Part shown: positions 1-12,950 of the stretch, in pieces | Numbering within the stretch: the first letter of the stretch is position 1 | Layout of the letters: every line of letters starts with the position of its first letter | DNA from: the human T2T-CHM13v2.0 reference genome, Homo sapiens | NCBI RefSeq assembly: GCF_009914755.1 | Contig: NC_060930.1 | Length of the DNA: 64,000 nucleotides | Reading direction: 5' to 3' (one strand) | The notes under the pieces: model-generated | What the model was told of the DNA's origin: nothing | Database searches by the model: none | What the model saw: the letters and a program-made list of their open reading frames with translations, nothing else | Program-made: the position numbers and the translations under genes

Positions 1-131
<131 letters not shown>

Positions 132-189
132 GTGTATGGGCATCTTCAATCTCCCACACTGCAGTACTATACTACAGAAAGCGAATCTA

Positions 190-411
190 TATTGATAGGA
201 ATCAGAACAGCATTTGCTTTGAGGGAGGGAAAGTGGCAGGGCTTGACTGGCAAAGAAGATAAGGGAAATTTCTTGGGTGGTAAAGATGTTCTATATCTTA
301 ATTAGGTGGTGGTTACAGTAGTGTATAAATATGTAAAAATTCAAACTGTGAAACTAAAGATCTGTGCACTTCACTGTGTAAATTATATCTCAATTTTTAA
401 AATAACTATTA
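190..411 (+). mobile_element. Old L1M (L1MC/ME-like) 3' end
   Basis: Typical L1M terminus: gggtggtaaagatgttctatatctt...cacttcactgtgtaaattatatctcaat. Confidence 0.7.
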
Positions 412-2424
412 AAATTACTAGGAAATAGATCCCTTCTAAGGAAATAGATTTATACTAAATTGAAGTTTAGGAGTCAGTAAGCTCTGAGTTCTGTTGAAAA
501 CTCTTCTGATTTTGGTTTTCAAACAATTACTCTAGCAAAAGAAATTAGGGAATAATGTCTCTTAAATTAGGATAAAAGCCATCTTTTGGTCAAACAAGGT
601 CACAACCCAAAATTGTCAAAAAAATAAGATCAACTTTTTATTCAGCATAAGTGTTAAAATGATATACATCCAAATTTGATGGTTTTTAATGTACTTTTTA
701 CAGTCTAGTTTTGAGAACACTGAGAAAAGAAATCTTAGCTAAAACAATTTAAAAACCAGTTTCTGAAGTGTATTTCTTTGGTGCCATCAGATTAAGAACA
801 GTATTTGACATCCTGAACTTGGTGCCTCTCATGAGTTTTAGGCAATATGAGTTCCTCAAGGGCTTCTTAAAAATCACAAAGGAATTACTGTACTTTTAAG
901 CATATTTTATTATCTTTCAATTATTAGTAATTGTTGCTTCCTTATATAGTCCTAAAGACAATTCCTTTAAAAAAAATCTATTCACCAGAATATTCCCATT
1001 TTTTCAGGAATTCTGGATAAAGAAAGAAAATAGCATAACAGAACTTAAATTATAAACATTATTATTGATGACAGTTTACTTCAGTTGCAACACTAAACTA
1101 GTATCTATGTTTGCTAAGGACTTCAGCTGGAAGCTTTATGCCCTGAGCCATAATCCTAGCAATTGACTCTTATTGAACAAGATTTCTTCATGTGAGGCTG
1201 CCCTCCAAGTAGGCCATCTCAGTGGTGAAGCAGTTGGTGTTGGTGAGTTAGCTATTGACTGTCTTCCAGGGTATTCCCAGTTGAAACAATGCTTGGGACT
1301 CTCTATGACTCCGTCTTACCTCTGTTCCAGCCTCACTGCTCTTCAAGTGATCTCCCCCCAAATCTAAGTTCCTGGCCATTAAATGTCATAGGTAAATTTA
1401 TGATTCTCTTCCTAATTAGGGAGAAATTACTCTTGGCTGCCTTCCAACTCTTTTCTTTCATCTGTGTTTTCAGGTACACCCTTATTAGATGATGCTACCC
1501 AGCACAGCTGCAGCTTCAGCAAGAACTGCCATGTGCATTTGATCGGTCTGTTTCTTATTCTGGAACCTGTATTTGCATCTGATGCCACACAAGTCCTAAG
1601 CATGGGATGTGTGGAAAGGGTCAGTCATCAGGATGGGGGGCTTGAAGTCTCCTCCTTTTTGGAAATCCTTTTCCCCTAACTACTAGGCAGCCAGTAACTT
1701 TAGGACTACTTCATGGATGTCCAAGTGTTCTAATGCTTCTCTTCCACCATGTCTGCTTTCTTCTAAAGTAAATTACCTTCCAAATGATCTCTTTTCTCTC
1801 CTCATACCACTATCCCAATCAAAGTTCCCAGATCCTCAACATAATTAACTAAATAAATCTCTCTGAAGTAGAACGATTGATAGGCCCAGACATCACAGCA
1901 ATAATTATGGAAATTGATTCCTACTAAGTGGAAAAGTGTTAAAAGTAGGGTAGGTAATTTTTAGCACAAGCCACCTGTTCTATGCCTATTCTGAGATCCC
2001 GTCCTAGAATTTACCTGTTTTTCCCTCATTCTATTGTCCTATCAAAAGAATAAGGTTCTTCTGTGACTTGAAAGCCCATTCAGAAACTTGCTAGTCAATG
2101 ATACAATGAGTTGAGAGTTGTTGTTTGAGGGGAAGTGGGATGGTATAGTGATTTTTTTTTGTTTGCATTAGGTTATTATGGAGTTCCAGATGAGCTAGGA
2201 TACTCAGTCTTTCTGCACTGGCTTATCCTTTCCGTTTAAAAAATATCAAAATATTTTTATACCAGTTATTAAACAGTCACTACCCACAACCCCTTGAAGG
2301 AACTTCCTGTTTCCCCAGAGCCCTGAAGCTGCCCAGGCTCTGGCAATTCAAGGGTTAATGTCCGGCATGTCACAGTGAGGGGCCTCAGAGGCCCTGCTGC
2401 AGCACTGTGATGGGTGTCCATTCT

Positions 2425-2687
2425 TTCTTTTATTATTATTATACTTTAAGTTCTAGGGTACATGTGCACAACGTGCAGGTTTGTTACATATGTATACACG
2501 TGCCGTGTTGGTGTGCTGCACCCATTAACTCATCATTTACATTAGGTATATCTCCTAATGCTATCCCTCCCCCCTCCCCCCACCCCACAACAGGCCCCAG
2601 TGTGTGATGTTCCCCACCCTGTGTCCAAGTGTTCTCATTGTTCAATTTCCACCTATGAGTGAGAATATGTGGTGCAAACTATCACAA
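2425..2687 (-). mobile_element. 5'-truncated L1PA (PA4/PA5-like) 3' UTR with a tiny 5' inversion
   Basis: ttattatactttaagttctagggtacatgtgcacaacgtgcagg...; 13-bp TSD gggtgtccattct at 2412-2424 and 2688-2700. Confidence 0.95.
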
Positions 2688-3049
2688 GGGTGTCCATTCT
2701 AATTGGGTGATGCCCACACAACACCAGTTGATTATAATGTAAGCAGATGAGACCACAAATTAGAAACTGTGTTATGTTAACCATTTGCTCATACAGAGTG
2801 CACTCTGAGTTAGCTATTATCAATGGTCAATTGATAATTTAAACACAACAAACCACATTAAATGCTTTTCTATTTTACTGTATAATGCATTATATGATTT
2901 TCAGTAAGTTCAAGTTTTTAACTATGCTTTTAGGCTAGTATTAAAGATGAGTAATACAAACCAACCTACTATTACTTCCCAATACTTAAGATAAGCTGTA
3001 CCCAAGGGAAAATAAGAGAATAAACAAGAATCAGGCATTTCCTTACGCT

Positions 3050-3290
3050 AGGCTCTGTTATCTCATTAAATTCCCATGAAAACCCTCCATCATTATTCCC
3101 ATTTTACAGATGGGCAAGTTAATACCCAAAACTGTATCTAATATCACACAACTCTCTAAGCACTAGCACATGAATGACTTATTATGTCCCCCTCCAAAAA
3201 CACTGTGAGAAAGTGTGAATGTGCCCATTTTATTTTAGGAAACAGACTCAGGGAGGTTAAGTAGCTTGCTCAGACTTACTCCAGTCTCCC
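3050..3290 (-). mobile_element. Two MIR fragments
   Basis: MIR core motifs cccattttacagatgggcaa and cccattttattttaggaaacagactcagggaggttaagtagcttgctc. Confidence 0.75.
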
Positions 3291-3450
3291 TCTTCCTGGG
3301 ACTATGAACTTGATAGTGTGAAAATTGCACTATTTCAGACATATATTCAACTCAAACTATCTCTCCTTCTTCAAGGCTCCTGTGTGCTTCCTTCTACCCT
3401 CCTATCCTCTGTAACCTTGGCATCCATCTTTATCAGAGCCTTATAGTCTG

Positions 3451-3453
<3 letters not shown>

Positions 3454-3495
<42 letters not shown>
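3454..3495. repeat. (AC)21 microsatellite
   Basis: Perfect dinucleotide run. Confidence 0.99.
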
Positions 3496-3496
<1 letters not shown>

Positions 3497-4419
3497 GCTT
3501 CTCCTTTCCTCACTACAGCAGGACTTTCATTACTTCAATTTTAAAAGATTTCAAGAGTCTTTTCTTTTGTTTTAGGACTAAGTGTCCCTTTTTCTTGCTC
3601 ACAGGGCAGTGAGAGGAGTTCAGTGTTTTGAGGCTTAATGTGCACTGGGAAAGGAAGCCTGTTCTTACAAGTCTGCAAACTATTCTTCCCCTTGTCTGGG
3701 CAAACAAATTAATCTAATCATGAAAGAGTGTTAAGAGGGGGAGGGAAGGAGAAAAATGGGAGGGGAGTGGCAAAAAGGGGGAGGAAGGACAACAAAGTTG
3801 AGGAGGGAAGAAGCAAGAATAAAGACTTAAAACAGAGATTGCCATGGAAGAAGAAAGAATGTTTCCCATCATTAAGGGGTCTTCTTTCAGAGGAAAACTA
3901 CTTTGGATGTAAAATAAGCCCTCCTACTGATAAACTATTTGACTTCATCCAATCTCCATGGGTCCCATCCAAATTAATTTCATTCCTTTGTCAGGCTCCT
4001 CCCCTCTTTAGTTCCTGACTCCATCTGTCCTCTCTGAAGAATTGCTGGGCACTCCAGCTTCACACCTTTGTTCCTGGCTGCTTTGGGCTTCCAAGACCAA
4101 TCTCTCACACAAAGGCAGCTCATCCAAGGACACAGGGAGAGAGAACTAAACGGCAAGGGCCATCCTTAATGCTTCAGAGAAAACCCCAAACAAATGGAAA
4201 ATGCCAAGCTTGTTTTAAATAGAAAGCTATCCCTGTAATTCTTAATTCTACAATTACCATGCTATGTCGCTCTGGCAATGAATCTCTCCACTTACACTTT
4301 TCTCCAGAAAACTCTGCTTTTAAGGAAGTACTTACATATGTCAAATAATCTAGTAAATAAAATTTGTATGTAATGCAAACCAGTTATATAGTTAGCCTTC
4401 CCTAAACAACAGAACCAGC

Positions 4420-4580
4420 TTCAGAGATTTAGCTCCACAGGGGATCATTGAGATCGTCTAGTTAATAACCTCCTTGTCCGGGGCCCAAAGGGCCAGAATG
4501 AATTTCCCCGCTTCACTACACAGTTTGTGGCCACGCTAAGAATAGAAGCCAGGTCTGAGTTCTGGTCCAGTGACCTGATC
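4420..4580 (-). mobile_element. MIR/MIR3 fragment
   Basis: gagatcgtctagt...acacagtttgtggc...agaatagaagccaggtct. Confidence 0.55.
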
Positions 4581-5349
4581 TCCTTTATTGTAAAATTGGA
4601 AGGTTGATAAAGCCAGAAAGGGCTTACATTTAGAACACTGTGAAACAGTCTTATATTTATAATAAGCCCTCAACTATAAACATGTGACCACTTTTCAAAT
4701 TCCAGTTTTCTTTCCCTTCCAGCACTCAGGTTTTGTATTAAGAAATAAAAGCTGTTCTTCATCTAAATTCAGCAGTCATTGAAAGGGAAATATGCTGCCT
4801 CAGAAATCATACACAATGTGCTTTATAGTCACTTCTACATGTTCAGAATCATCCATTCTTCTGATTTATGCTTGATATTGTTCTTTTCCATTACTATGGA
4901 CTACTATGGATAATTGTGTGTTGCCTAAATTTTTAAAAACCAGTAACAACTTCATCAAATGTGTTTTTACAGTTTTCCCAAAATATTGATTGTAATTTAA
5001 GAATGGCTTTATGTGTATTCCCACTGAATTTTCTTCATTTCAGATTTTAAAATTGTGTAGCCATAAGCCTACATTATCTTGCTTCTTCTACCTTGTTTAC
5101 ACTTCACTCCTTTTCTCCTTTACCGATTTTTCTTCTGCCAAATAAATGTGAATGTACTTCCAAGTCTTTGCTTTTAAGCCACTCTTCATACTTTGGCCAA
5201 CAAAAGTTCCAACTTTTTGCCCCTTTGAAAAGAAATCATTTCCTATATGTGTTCCCCTCCCACAAACTCAGCAACTCATAATTACCCAGGATTCCTTCTC
5301 CTTTGTTGACATTAATTAGTTATACAATCTCAAGATTCTGCCTTCCATT

Positions 5350-5470
5350 TAATTTCAATTTAAGTTAACTTAACAAATATTTTCTACCCCTTACTTTATG
5401 TAGAGTGCTGTACTAGGCTCTGTGTGGGATAAAAATGAGCAAGTTGTATTCCCTCTTCTCAAGACAGTAC
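5350..5470 (-). mobile_element. L2 3' end fragment
   Basis: aacaaatatttt...tatgtagagtgctgtactaggctctg...ccctcttctcaag. Confidence 0.6.
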
Positions 5471-5739
5471 TTGTCAACCAGGAATGTCTTCTCCAAAAAG
5501 ATAAATGGAGCTGATAAAGTGTCAACTTTAAAGGGGTATTTTAAGGATTAGATGAACTAATGTGTGTAGTTCCTAGCATATGCTAAATCCTTAGTATAAA
5601 TTACCTGATATTATGTTACTTTTCTATTATTGCCAAATCATTGCTTTGATCCTCTCCAGTCCTAACATGCTGACAAAAGTATATACAGTACAAGGCTAAA
5701 TGTGCTAAGAGCAACAGAAGACCTAGCAGACACCATTTT

Positions 5740-6250
5740 AAACTAGTGGTTACATATCCCAAGTAATGAGACATACCAATGTAATTTAACTCCTGATACG
5801 ATGCACCGAGAGGGCACCTCACGTTTGAGATATCCATGCCATAAATGTATAATCTGAATCAAATCAGGAGAAAACATGAATGAACCCAGATAAAGAGACA
5901 TTCTACAAAATAACTGTCAAGACTCTTCAAAAGTAGTAAGACTATGAAAGACAAAGAAAGACTGGGAAGCTGTCTCTGATTGAAGAAAATCAAAGAAGCA
6001 TGCCAGCTAAATGCAACATGTGATTCTGGACCAGATAAAGGACATTAGTGAGAAAATTGTTAGGATCTCAATCAAGTCTGTAGATTAGTTAATGGTATTG
6101 TAGCAATATTAATTTCCTGGTCTGGATCACTATGCTATGGCTATTCAAGTTATTAAGATTTGAAGACAGTGAGCAAACAGTATGAGCAATTTTTTTACTA
6201 TGTTTGCATTGTTTGAAAGTCTGAAATTATTTCAAAATAAAGGTTTTTGT
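5740..6250 (+). mobile_element. L1MC3/4-like 3' end
   Basis: gacattctacaaaataactg...ctaaatgcaacatgtgattctgga...gtctgaaattatttcaaaataaa. Confidence 0.8.
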
Positions 6251-6547
6251 TAAAATAACAGGAGTCATATAAAGTATAGGCAGAAGACAAAGGAGAGAGA
6301 ATCTTTCCTCAAGTCATAAGTCAAAGGGAGGGGATGAGGGAGGATAGCAGAAAGATTTTTGGGGATGGAAGCATTTGAGGCGGTCAATATTGAGAAAAGA
6401 TATTCTAGGCAAAGAAAAGAACAGAATTAAAAGCAGCAAATAACAAGGTACGTTTTGGATATAAGTCATCACGTTCCTTTGGAGCTCGGTGTCTTTGAAA
6501 GGGAAGTAGTGTGAGACAACAGTGAGAGGTGGATGTTTCTGTGTCTC

Positions 6548-6995
6548 TGTGGTAGGCTGAATAAGGCACTTCTCCACAAAATGTCCATATCCCCATCCCC
6601 ACAACTTGACAATATGATACCTAACATGACATAAAAGACTTTGCAGATGGGATTCAGTGAAGACCTTGAGATGGGGAGACAATCCTGGATGAGCCAGGTG
6701 GGCACAAAGTAATCACAAGGGTGCTTATACAAGAGAGGCAGGAAGATCACAAGGCAGAAGGAGGAGATGGGACAAAAGGAGCAAAGGTTGGAGTAATGCT
6801 CTTTGAAGATGGAGGAAGAGGCCATGAGCCTAGAAATGCAGACAGTCTCCAGAAGCTGAGAAACACTAGGAAGCAGTCCTGCCAATGCCATGATTTTTGA
6901 CCCTGACCTCCATAACTGTAAGAGAAGAGATTAGTGTTACTTTAAGACTCTGAGTTTGTTGTCATTTTTTACAGCAGCAATCAGCAACAAATACA
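6548..6995 (+). mobile_element. MaLR solo LTR (MLT1D-like)
   Basis: TG...CA termini (tgtggtaggctgaataa...aaataca), gactttgcagatg motif, 5-bp TSD gtctc on both sides. Confidence 0.9.
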
Positions 6996-7019
6996 GTCTC
7001 TATACCTGACTTTGGTCTG

Positions 7020-7530
7020 AAACTCATTTCAATTTCACCTCTATCTGGGCTAGGGTTACAGTCTCCTACCTGTTTCCTCTGCTTCTATTCTCCATTCCTC
7101 CTTTCTGTGAAAGGTTGTCAGATTTATTTTTCTCATGCCCTGGACTGATCATGTCATTCCTCTAAACCAAAGCTCTTAGGCATCCACAGTAGCTGCTAAA
7201 ATGAATCCACACTTACTATACTGGCATTTAAGAACCTCCACAATCTGGCCTCAGAGTGAATTTCCATCTTTATCTGTACTTCTCTGCAGCATTACCTTTT
7301 CATCTAGGCAAGCAGATTTAGTCGCAGTCTCCAGGGTTCTCCTTCTGTATTTCAGAATGCCAGCTGTGAAGGTCCAGGTCACTCTTCCCCCTTCTTCCAC
7401 ATGCCAGTTCATAGTGATTTCCCTCTCTGCTGAACTCTTAGAGACTTTAATGACTGTGTGGTCTGAAACCTCATGTCATCTGTTCTTAGAGTCCAGAGTG
7501 CCTGAGAATTGACACACAGGAAATCAACCT
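7020..7530 (+). mobile_element. Degenerate L2 fragment
   Basis: gatcatgtcattcctct...ctggcatttaagaacctccacaatctggcc L2-like motifs. Confidence 0.6.
7332..7481 (+). repeat. 150-bp dispersed direct repeat, copy 1
   Basis: Matches 10046-10195 with 5 substitutions and no gaps by manual alignment. Confidence 0.95.
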
Positions 7531-9864
7531 AGACTGGATGGGATTGCCATCTAAAGATATGATTCAGAATTTTATGTGTGAACCTGGGAAGCAGATTTAG
7601 AAAGTACTCAAGTCAATTAAGGTGTATAAATTGGAATTTTGGGAGCAAAACTAAAACTAATAGAGAAAAAAATGTTCCAGACAACATGATCTAATGGCTA
7701 AAGGCCCTATGCTTTCTGGCGTCAAAATCCTGGATCTATTACTGAGTAGTTTTATTCCTACAGCTGAGATTATTATTGATTAAAATAGCTGACTATGCCT
7801 GCTCAGGCTGTTATTATAAGTTCATCTTCTGATTATAGTAATTTTCACATATAGCTCTTCCTATGAAGAGAGAATCTACTGGCATGAACTGTGGTTCTCA
7901 TTGTAAATTGGCATTTAGTTTCATACATCAGTCTCTTATGAATTTGGTTATTAAATTGATCACTAAGGCTAAGTCCAAAGTCACTAAATCAAGTGAAGGA
8001 ACTAAAGCAATTTGTTGCATTGCTCTGGCCAGTGAAAGAACTTTACACTATCTGCATCTGAATTATTTAGACTGTCTGTAATGATCAAATTCACCAGATT
8101 ATTGCTCAACCTTCTACTGTAATTTGCATAGATAGCCTCCATGTGAACCTGTCATTGTCCCTGGAAGTGCCAGGCAGCTGCTCCATTGAAAACAATAACA
8201 GCTGTGAAGCTTAAATCACTTCATGTTTCAGTAAGATGACAACAGCATGGCATACAAGCAGCAGACTGAAAATTCTTTTCAGATAATGCTGCTGAAAACA
8301 CAGAACAGAAAAAATCACACAATACAGTTGTGTGCTTTAAATTCCACAGTTAGAGAAGCCAAGGCCTCCCTCAGAGACCCTAGGTGACTCATGGTTTTAT
8401 AGTGTTGTCTAGAGCATGCTACCTTAGCACACACATTGAATCCCCTAACTCTCATTCCTAAATAAAATGCAAGAGAACTAAGAAGCACTCAGTACAAGTC
8501 ATAATTTCCTTCATATTCTGGTGCGAAGTCACAGTAATTAATGTATCTATAAACACTCCTTGATGAAGCCCCTCTATATTATTTTTAGTCAAATTCTCTC
8601 TTTGGCAAGTGATTACAGAATTACATAAAGTCCCAAACCCCAACAAACATATCTAGCAAAAATAAATAAATAAATAAATAAAATAAAACAAACATCCTTT
8701 GTTTCTTTGCACAGTTCCTCATTGCACCATGGTAGTATATATCACTACAAATTAGTACAACCAATCACATAAAATCAAACTCATAAAAACTCAGACTTCA
8801 GAAAGGGGGATGCTAAACTCAGAAGACTTCAGATTACCAGAAATTCAGAGAAAGTGGAAGTTGACAATTTCAACAAGTTTTCTAGCTGACCTTTAAATGA
8901 TTTTGATGAAGAAAAGGGCAGGCCACTTGAGTAGGAGAAATAAATGCTCACCTATGTCAAAATATTTGGCAGGCACTGGGCTGGGCCCTCTGGCCTGAAT
9001 GAATCTCAAGTCACCTGTCAGAGGACCCGCACTTCTATTACTTTTGGATTTGAAAATAAGAGACCCATGTTTAAAACCAAATATTCCAGCCAGGGCAATA
9101 CCTCCCTTTGTGCCATCAGGATCCTTTTCAAAAATCTGATCTAAAACTCTTCCTCTGATCAAGAACAATAAGTGGTTTTCCTGCTTAAAAGCCACCAATT
9201 GATTTCCATTGTCTCCAGCATGAAATCCTAATATTTCTTAACATAGTCCTTCCCACTGTGGTCTTGACACATCTTTTCTTCTCTCATTTTTTAAGCTGCA
9301 ATTAACAGCTATTTTTTACTACAAAAGTAATATGTGGTTATTATAGTTACATTAGAAACACAAAAAAGCATAAATATTGAAATAAAAATAAACACCCAGA
9401 GATAACCATTATTAATCATATTTAATTTTATGTCCTGACAGTTGCTTTTCGCTATATAGGTATACATTCTCTCTATGCCCTTTTCTTTCACTTTTTATTT
9501 TTTTTTCTATATCAGTTCTTTGCTCTAAGCATATTTTCATGAGTATTTTCACTCCCATTACTTAGAAATTAATTAGAAAGGGATCATAATGAAACCATTT
9601 TAGTTTACAAGTTATTAAAGATAGCTATAGGAAGATAATACATGTTATGTTAACCAACATTTTCTACTATGTTTTCTAATTTTTTCTTTCTTCCATTTAT
9701 TCAGGGGTGTTTATTGCCTTTCCTAAGCACATTGTTACAGCAATATTTGGGGAGTGGGGGCTACATCAAATTCTTGATGTCTGAGCTTCCAAAACCTTAA
9801 TATTTGAGGACCTTATGACATAAAGCTTATACCACAAAGTGTGGATCTAGAAGAATATGTTAGT

Positions 9865-9959
9865 AGAGTTTGCCCAGGACTGTCCTGGCTTAACATATTA
9901 AAGTCCCATGTCTCAAGAACACCCTTAATTCTGGCAAATTGGGACAGTGGATCAACTTA
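9865..9959. mobile_element. hAT-Blackjack MITE (MER81/MER94-like)
   Basis: gtttgcccaggactgtcctgg...aaagtcccatgtc...ggcaaattgggacagtggatcaac. Confidence 0.7.
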
Positions 9960-10045
9960 GCAAAAGCCAGCTCTTTGTGTTCCCTGTTGAGATAAATATT
10001 CTACATTCCTGTAGGGAAAGAGTCTTAGAAGGCAAGTCCTTGAGG

Positions 10046-10195
10046 CAGGGCTCTCCTTCTGTATTTCAGAATGCCAGCTTTGAAGGTCCAGGTCACTCTT
10101 CCCCATTCTTCCACATGCCAGTTCATAGTAATTTCCCTCTCTGCTGAACTCTTAGAGACTTTAATGACTGTGTGGTCTGAAACCACATGTCATCT
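10046..10195 (+). repeat. 150-bp dispersed direct repeat, copy 2
   Basis: Matches 7332-7481 at an offset of 2714 bp. Confidence 0.95.
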
Positions 10196-10544
10196 CTTCC
10201 TGCCAGGTGTCAGCCCTGGATTGATAAGATGGATGGTATCCAGAGCACAGTCCGTGGCTCAAGGGATAGAAAGGAAAAAATTCTGATGATCTGCATTGTT
10301 TTTTTCCCGAGAAAAAGGAAATGAGAGAGTTAGGAAGTATGAGGAAAAGTGTGGAGGAAATCATACGTAAGAGAAATATGAAAGAGAGCTGATGAGGGAC
10401 AGTGTCTACAGCTGCTGGCCCTGCTGAGGGTAGGAGACCAGGCCAGTCAACACAGCTATATCATTGTCCCCAGCCATAGCCAACAACCCACAACCAGGGA
10501 CTAATGCAAGTGCCCTTGAAGTGACTTGTCATCAACTCCCCAGG

Positions 10545-10660
10545 GCACAGTTGAACCCCTTCATTTTACAGATGAAAACACAGAAGCCTACAAGAAAAAA
10601 AAAACTTACTCAAGATCATTTACTCAGTGGTAGAGTCAGGATAAAAGACCAAGATTCTAT
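10545..10660 (-). mobile_element. MIR
   Basis: ccccttcattttacagatgaaaacacagaag...cttactcaagatca...gtggtagagtcaggat. Confidence 0.7.
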
Positions 10661-10759
10661 ACTGTTTATGTTCACTAATTGTTTGAAACAATATAAATAA
10701 ACATTATAGGACCTATTTTGGGGTTTACATAAGAAATATTTGAAAACCCTCAGGAACTC

Positions 10760-11235
10760 TGCAAGAGTTAAGGTTTTATTCTACTTACAAACTAACAAAT
10801 GAGCCTGTTACTATTTCACTGATGGCTGACAAAAGGCATGAGACTCCTGGGATGGAGACAAAAGACTTTATTACTCATAGCAAAAGCAGTGACCAGAGTT
10901 TCATGGTTGCTTGCTTCAGGTCCCCATGTGCCCCAAGTTGTATGGGGCAACACAAAGGGCTCATGATGGATGCCTGCAAAGAAAATGGGTTGTATTTACA
11001 GGAAAGGAACACTGAGCTTGGGGATTTATTGTTTTTATACTAAACAGAAGCAAGCCTACCTTTGGTCTCCAGGAAAATATTACCTCATCTTTCAAGGTTA
11101 GGTTACTCACTACAAACTCAACTCTAAGAAATGTCTCGTAAAGAGCAGACGAGACCCTGTGTTCTTGGCTGGCACACCCAGAAAGAGCATGCAGGAATAC
11201 TCAGAGCCCACAGAAGAAGATTGCCTCTTCCAACA
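10760..11235 (-). mobile_element. ERVL solo LTR (LTR40/LTR41-like)
   Basis: Reverse strand begins tgttggaagaggcaatc and carries a TATAAAA followed by ccccaagctcagtgttcct and a later aataaa; TG...CA termini. Confidence 0.75.
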
Positions 11236-11446
11236 TCTATCATTTAAACTAAATGGAGTAACAAACCTAAGTGGTTACAAGGTATAATACTGCCCATTAG
11301 ATTTCCCATTCCTTTCCAAGATTGGGAGTTAACTCACCATATTTTAGGAAATAAAATCTTTTTCAAACACTGTGGTACTTTACAAGCACTATATGGACTC
11401 CTATAGCCATTTATTTCACTGATCAGTTTTAAAATATGGCAGTTAA

Positions 11447-11545
11447 ACAAGGGTGATATTCCAAGTATTTAACATGGACACCAGTCAATCAGAACAGAAG
11501 CTGGCTATAAACAGTGAGTATATCACACAGTTGTATCAGCTGCTA
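11447..11545. mobile_element. Short hAT-type DNA transposon remnant (family unresolved)
   Basis: caagggtgatattccaagtatttaac...ccagtcaatcagaacaga...ggctataaaca...gtatcagctg; related sequence in opposite orientation hosts the L1 at ~2405-2740. Confidence 0.45.
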
Positions 11546-12950
11546 AGTTCTACTAAGACTGAACTCAGGGTTAACTTAAGATACAGGAAGTCGAACACCA
11601 AGAATCTGCTGTAGTATATAACAAATGTGCCGCATTTGCGTAGGGATAAGGCAGATATATGAATGCTTGTTAGTGATAACAGTGCTAGTCTATTTGATCT
11701 AAATAAATTGGAAGTCAGTTCAGAAAATAACTTTATGGCTCAAAAAGAAAGAAATGTCGTTATTATTTTCCCCATTTTCAAACGAATACGAGGAAACCTG
11801 CGTACAAAGACATTAACTTGTTTGGAAGGCCAGGGTAAAGTATGGCTTCAGCTAGAAGAAATTTCTAGGGAGCAACTATTAGAGAAAGGTCAAAGAATTC
11901 TTCAATTTAAAAAAAGGTAAAATAATTTTGGGTTATGTTTTTACAGTCTTGAGGAAGTATTATGAGTGACTAAAGCTCTGGGGACAACTAAGTGGCACTT
12001 AAGATGCTTCCTTTACATATTGTCAGTGGAGTCTGTCTGGCTAGTCTCTCCAGGAGGTAAGATATAATTGACAGTAAAAAGTTTCCCAAAGAAATTATGC
12101 TATTTTCACTCTCAATTGGAAGAAACGCTAAGGCTCATGCACGGCTCATAGCCACTCAATCAGCCACCTACAAATCCAGAAACATCTCAAGGAGAAAGCT
12201 CTTGCTTCTTTTTTCCTCATCCACTCAAGGAAAATAATTTTAAGATTTGTTTCTTGGGAATCAGACCCAGATACATCTTGCCTCATGGTTCTAGAACAAT
12301 TCAATGAGAAGAACACAGATGACCTCATCTGGTGACTGGAAAAACTGTAGTGCAGAAATGAAGAACTGTGAGATTCACCAAATGCCAGTTGCAAGGTAGA
12401 ATGAATCTGTTGAGCTGAGTTAATTCAAATTATCTGGAGAATTGTCTCATGTCTCTACCTCATAGATCTCGAACCACTGAGTCAGTAGATAGGACCAAGG
12501 AACAAAGTATGTCTCGTCTTCATTATACCCTTGCCACCACCCCATCACCAGTCCCAAAATAAAGAGAAGGCATATTTAGTTACCAAGTGACTAGCACCAT
12601 GTGCTTCCCATGCTGTATCACTTTATTCCCACATTATGAGCTGGCTTATTGTTTGTGTTCTGCAAAAAAAAAAAAGCATTACAGCCAAAGAAATGGAGCA
12701 ATGAAAAAAATAGAAAAAAGAAGCAAAAGAACAAATCATACTCTATGAACTCTTTAGAATCTTATAATCAGAAAAGCTGAAAGGGAACTATTTTAATTTC
12801 AGCATGGGTATTTGTTTTTCTATTTAGAAATGATTTTCTTTCAAATTACAGGTCCTAACCTGTATGGGATAGGGTGAAGACTGTAATCCTTTTATTATTT
12901 GTGGGTTCTAAGGATTTTAGCCAGCTCTGGTCATCTGCAAAGTATGGTGG

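Noticed and set aside
2365-2720. Two adjacent hairpins ending in ACA in the pre-insertion allele (possible H/ACA snoRNA)
   Set aside because: No H box between the stems, total length too short, and the sequence resembles the hAT-type remnant at 11447-11545.
2794-2807. Perfect 14-bp palindrome cagagtgcactctg
   Set aside because: About 4 are expected by chance in 64 kb (64000/4^7).
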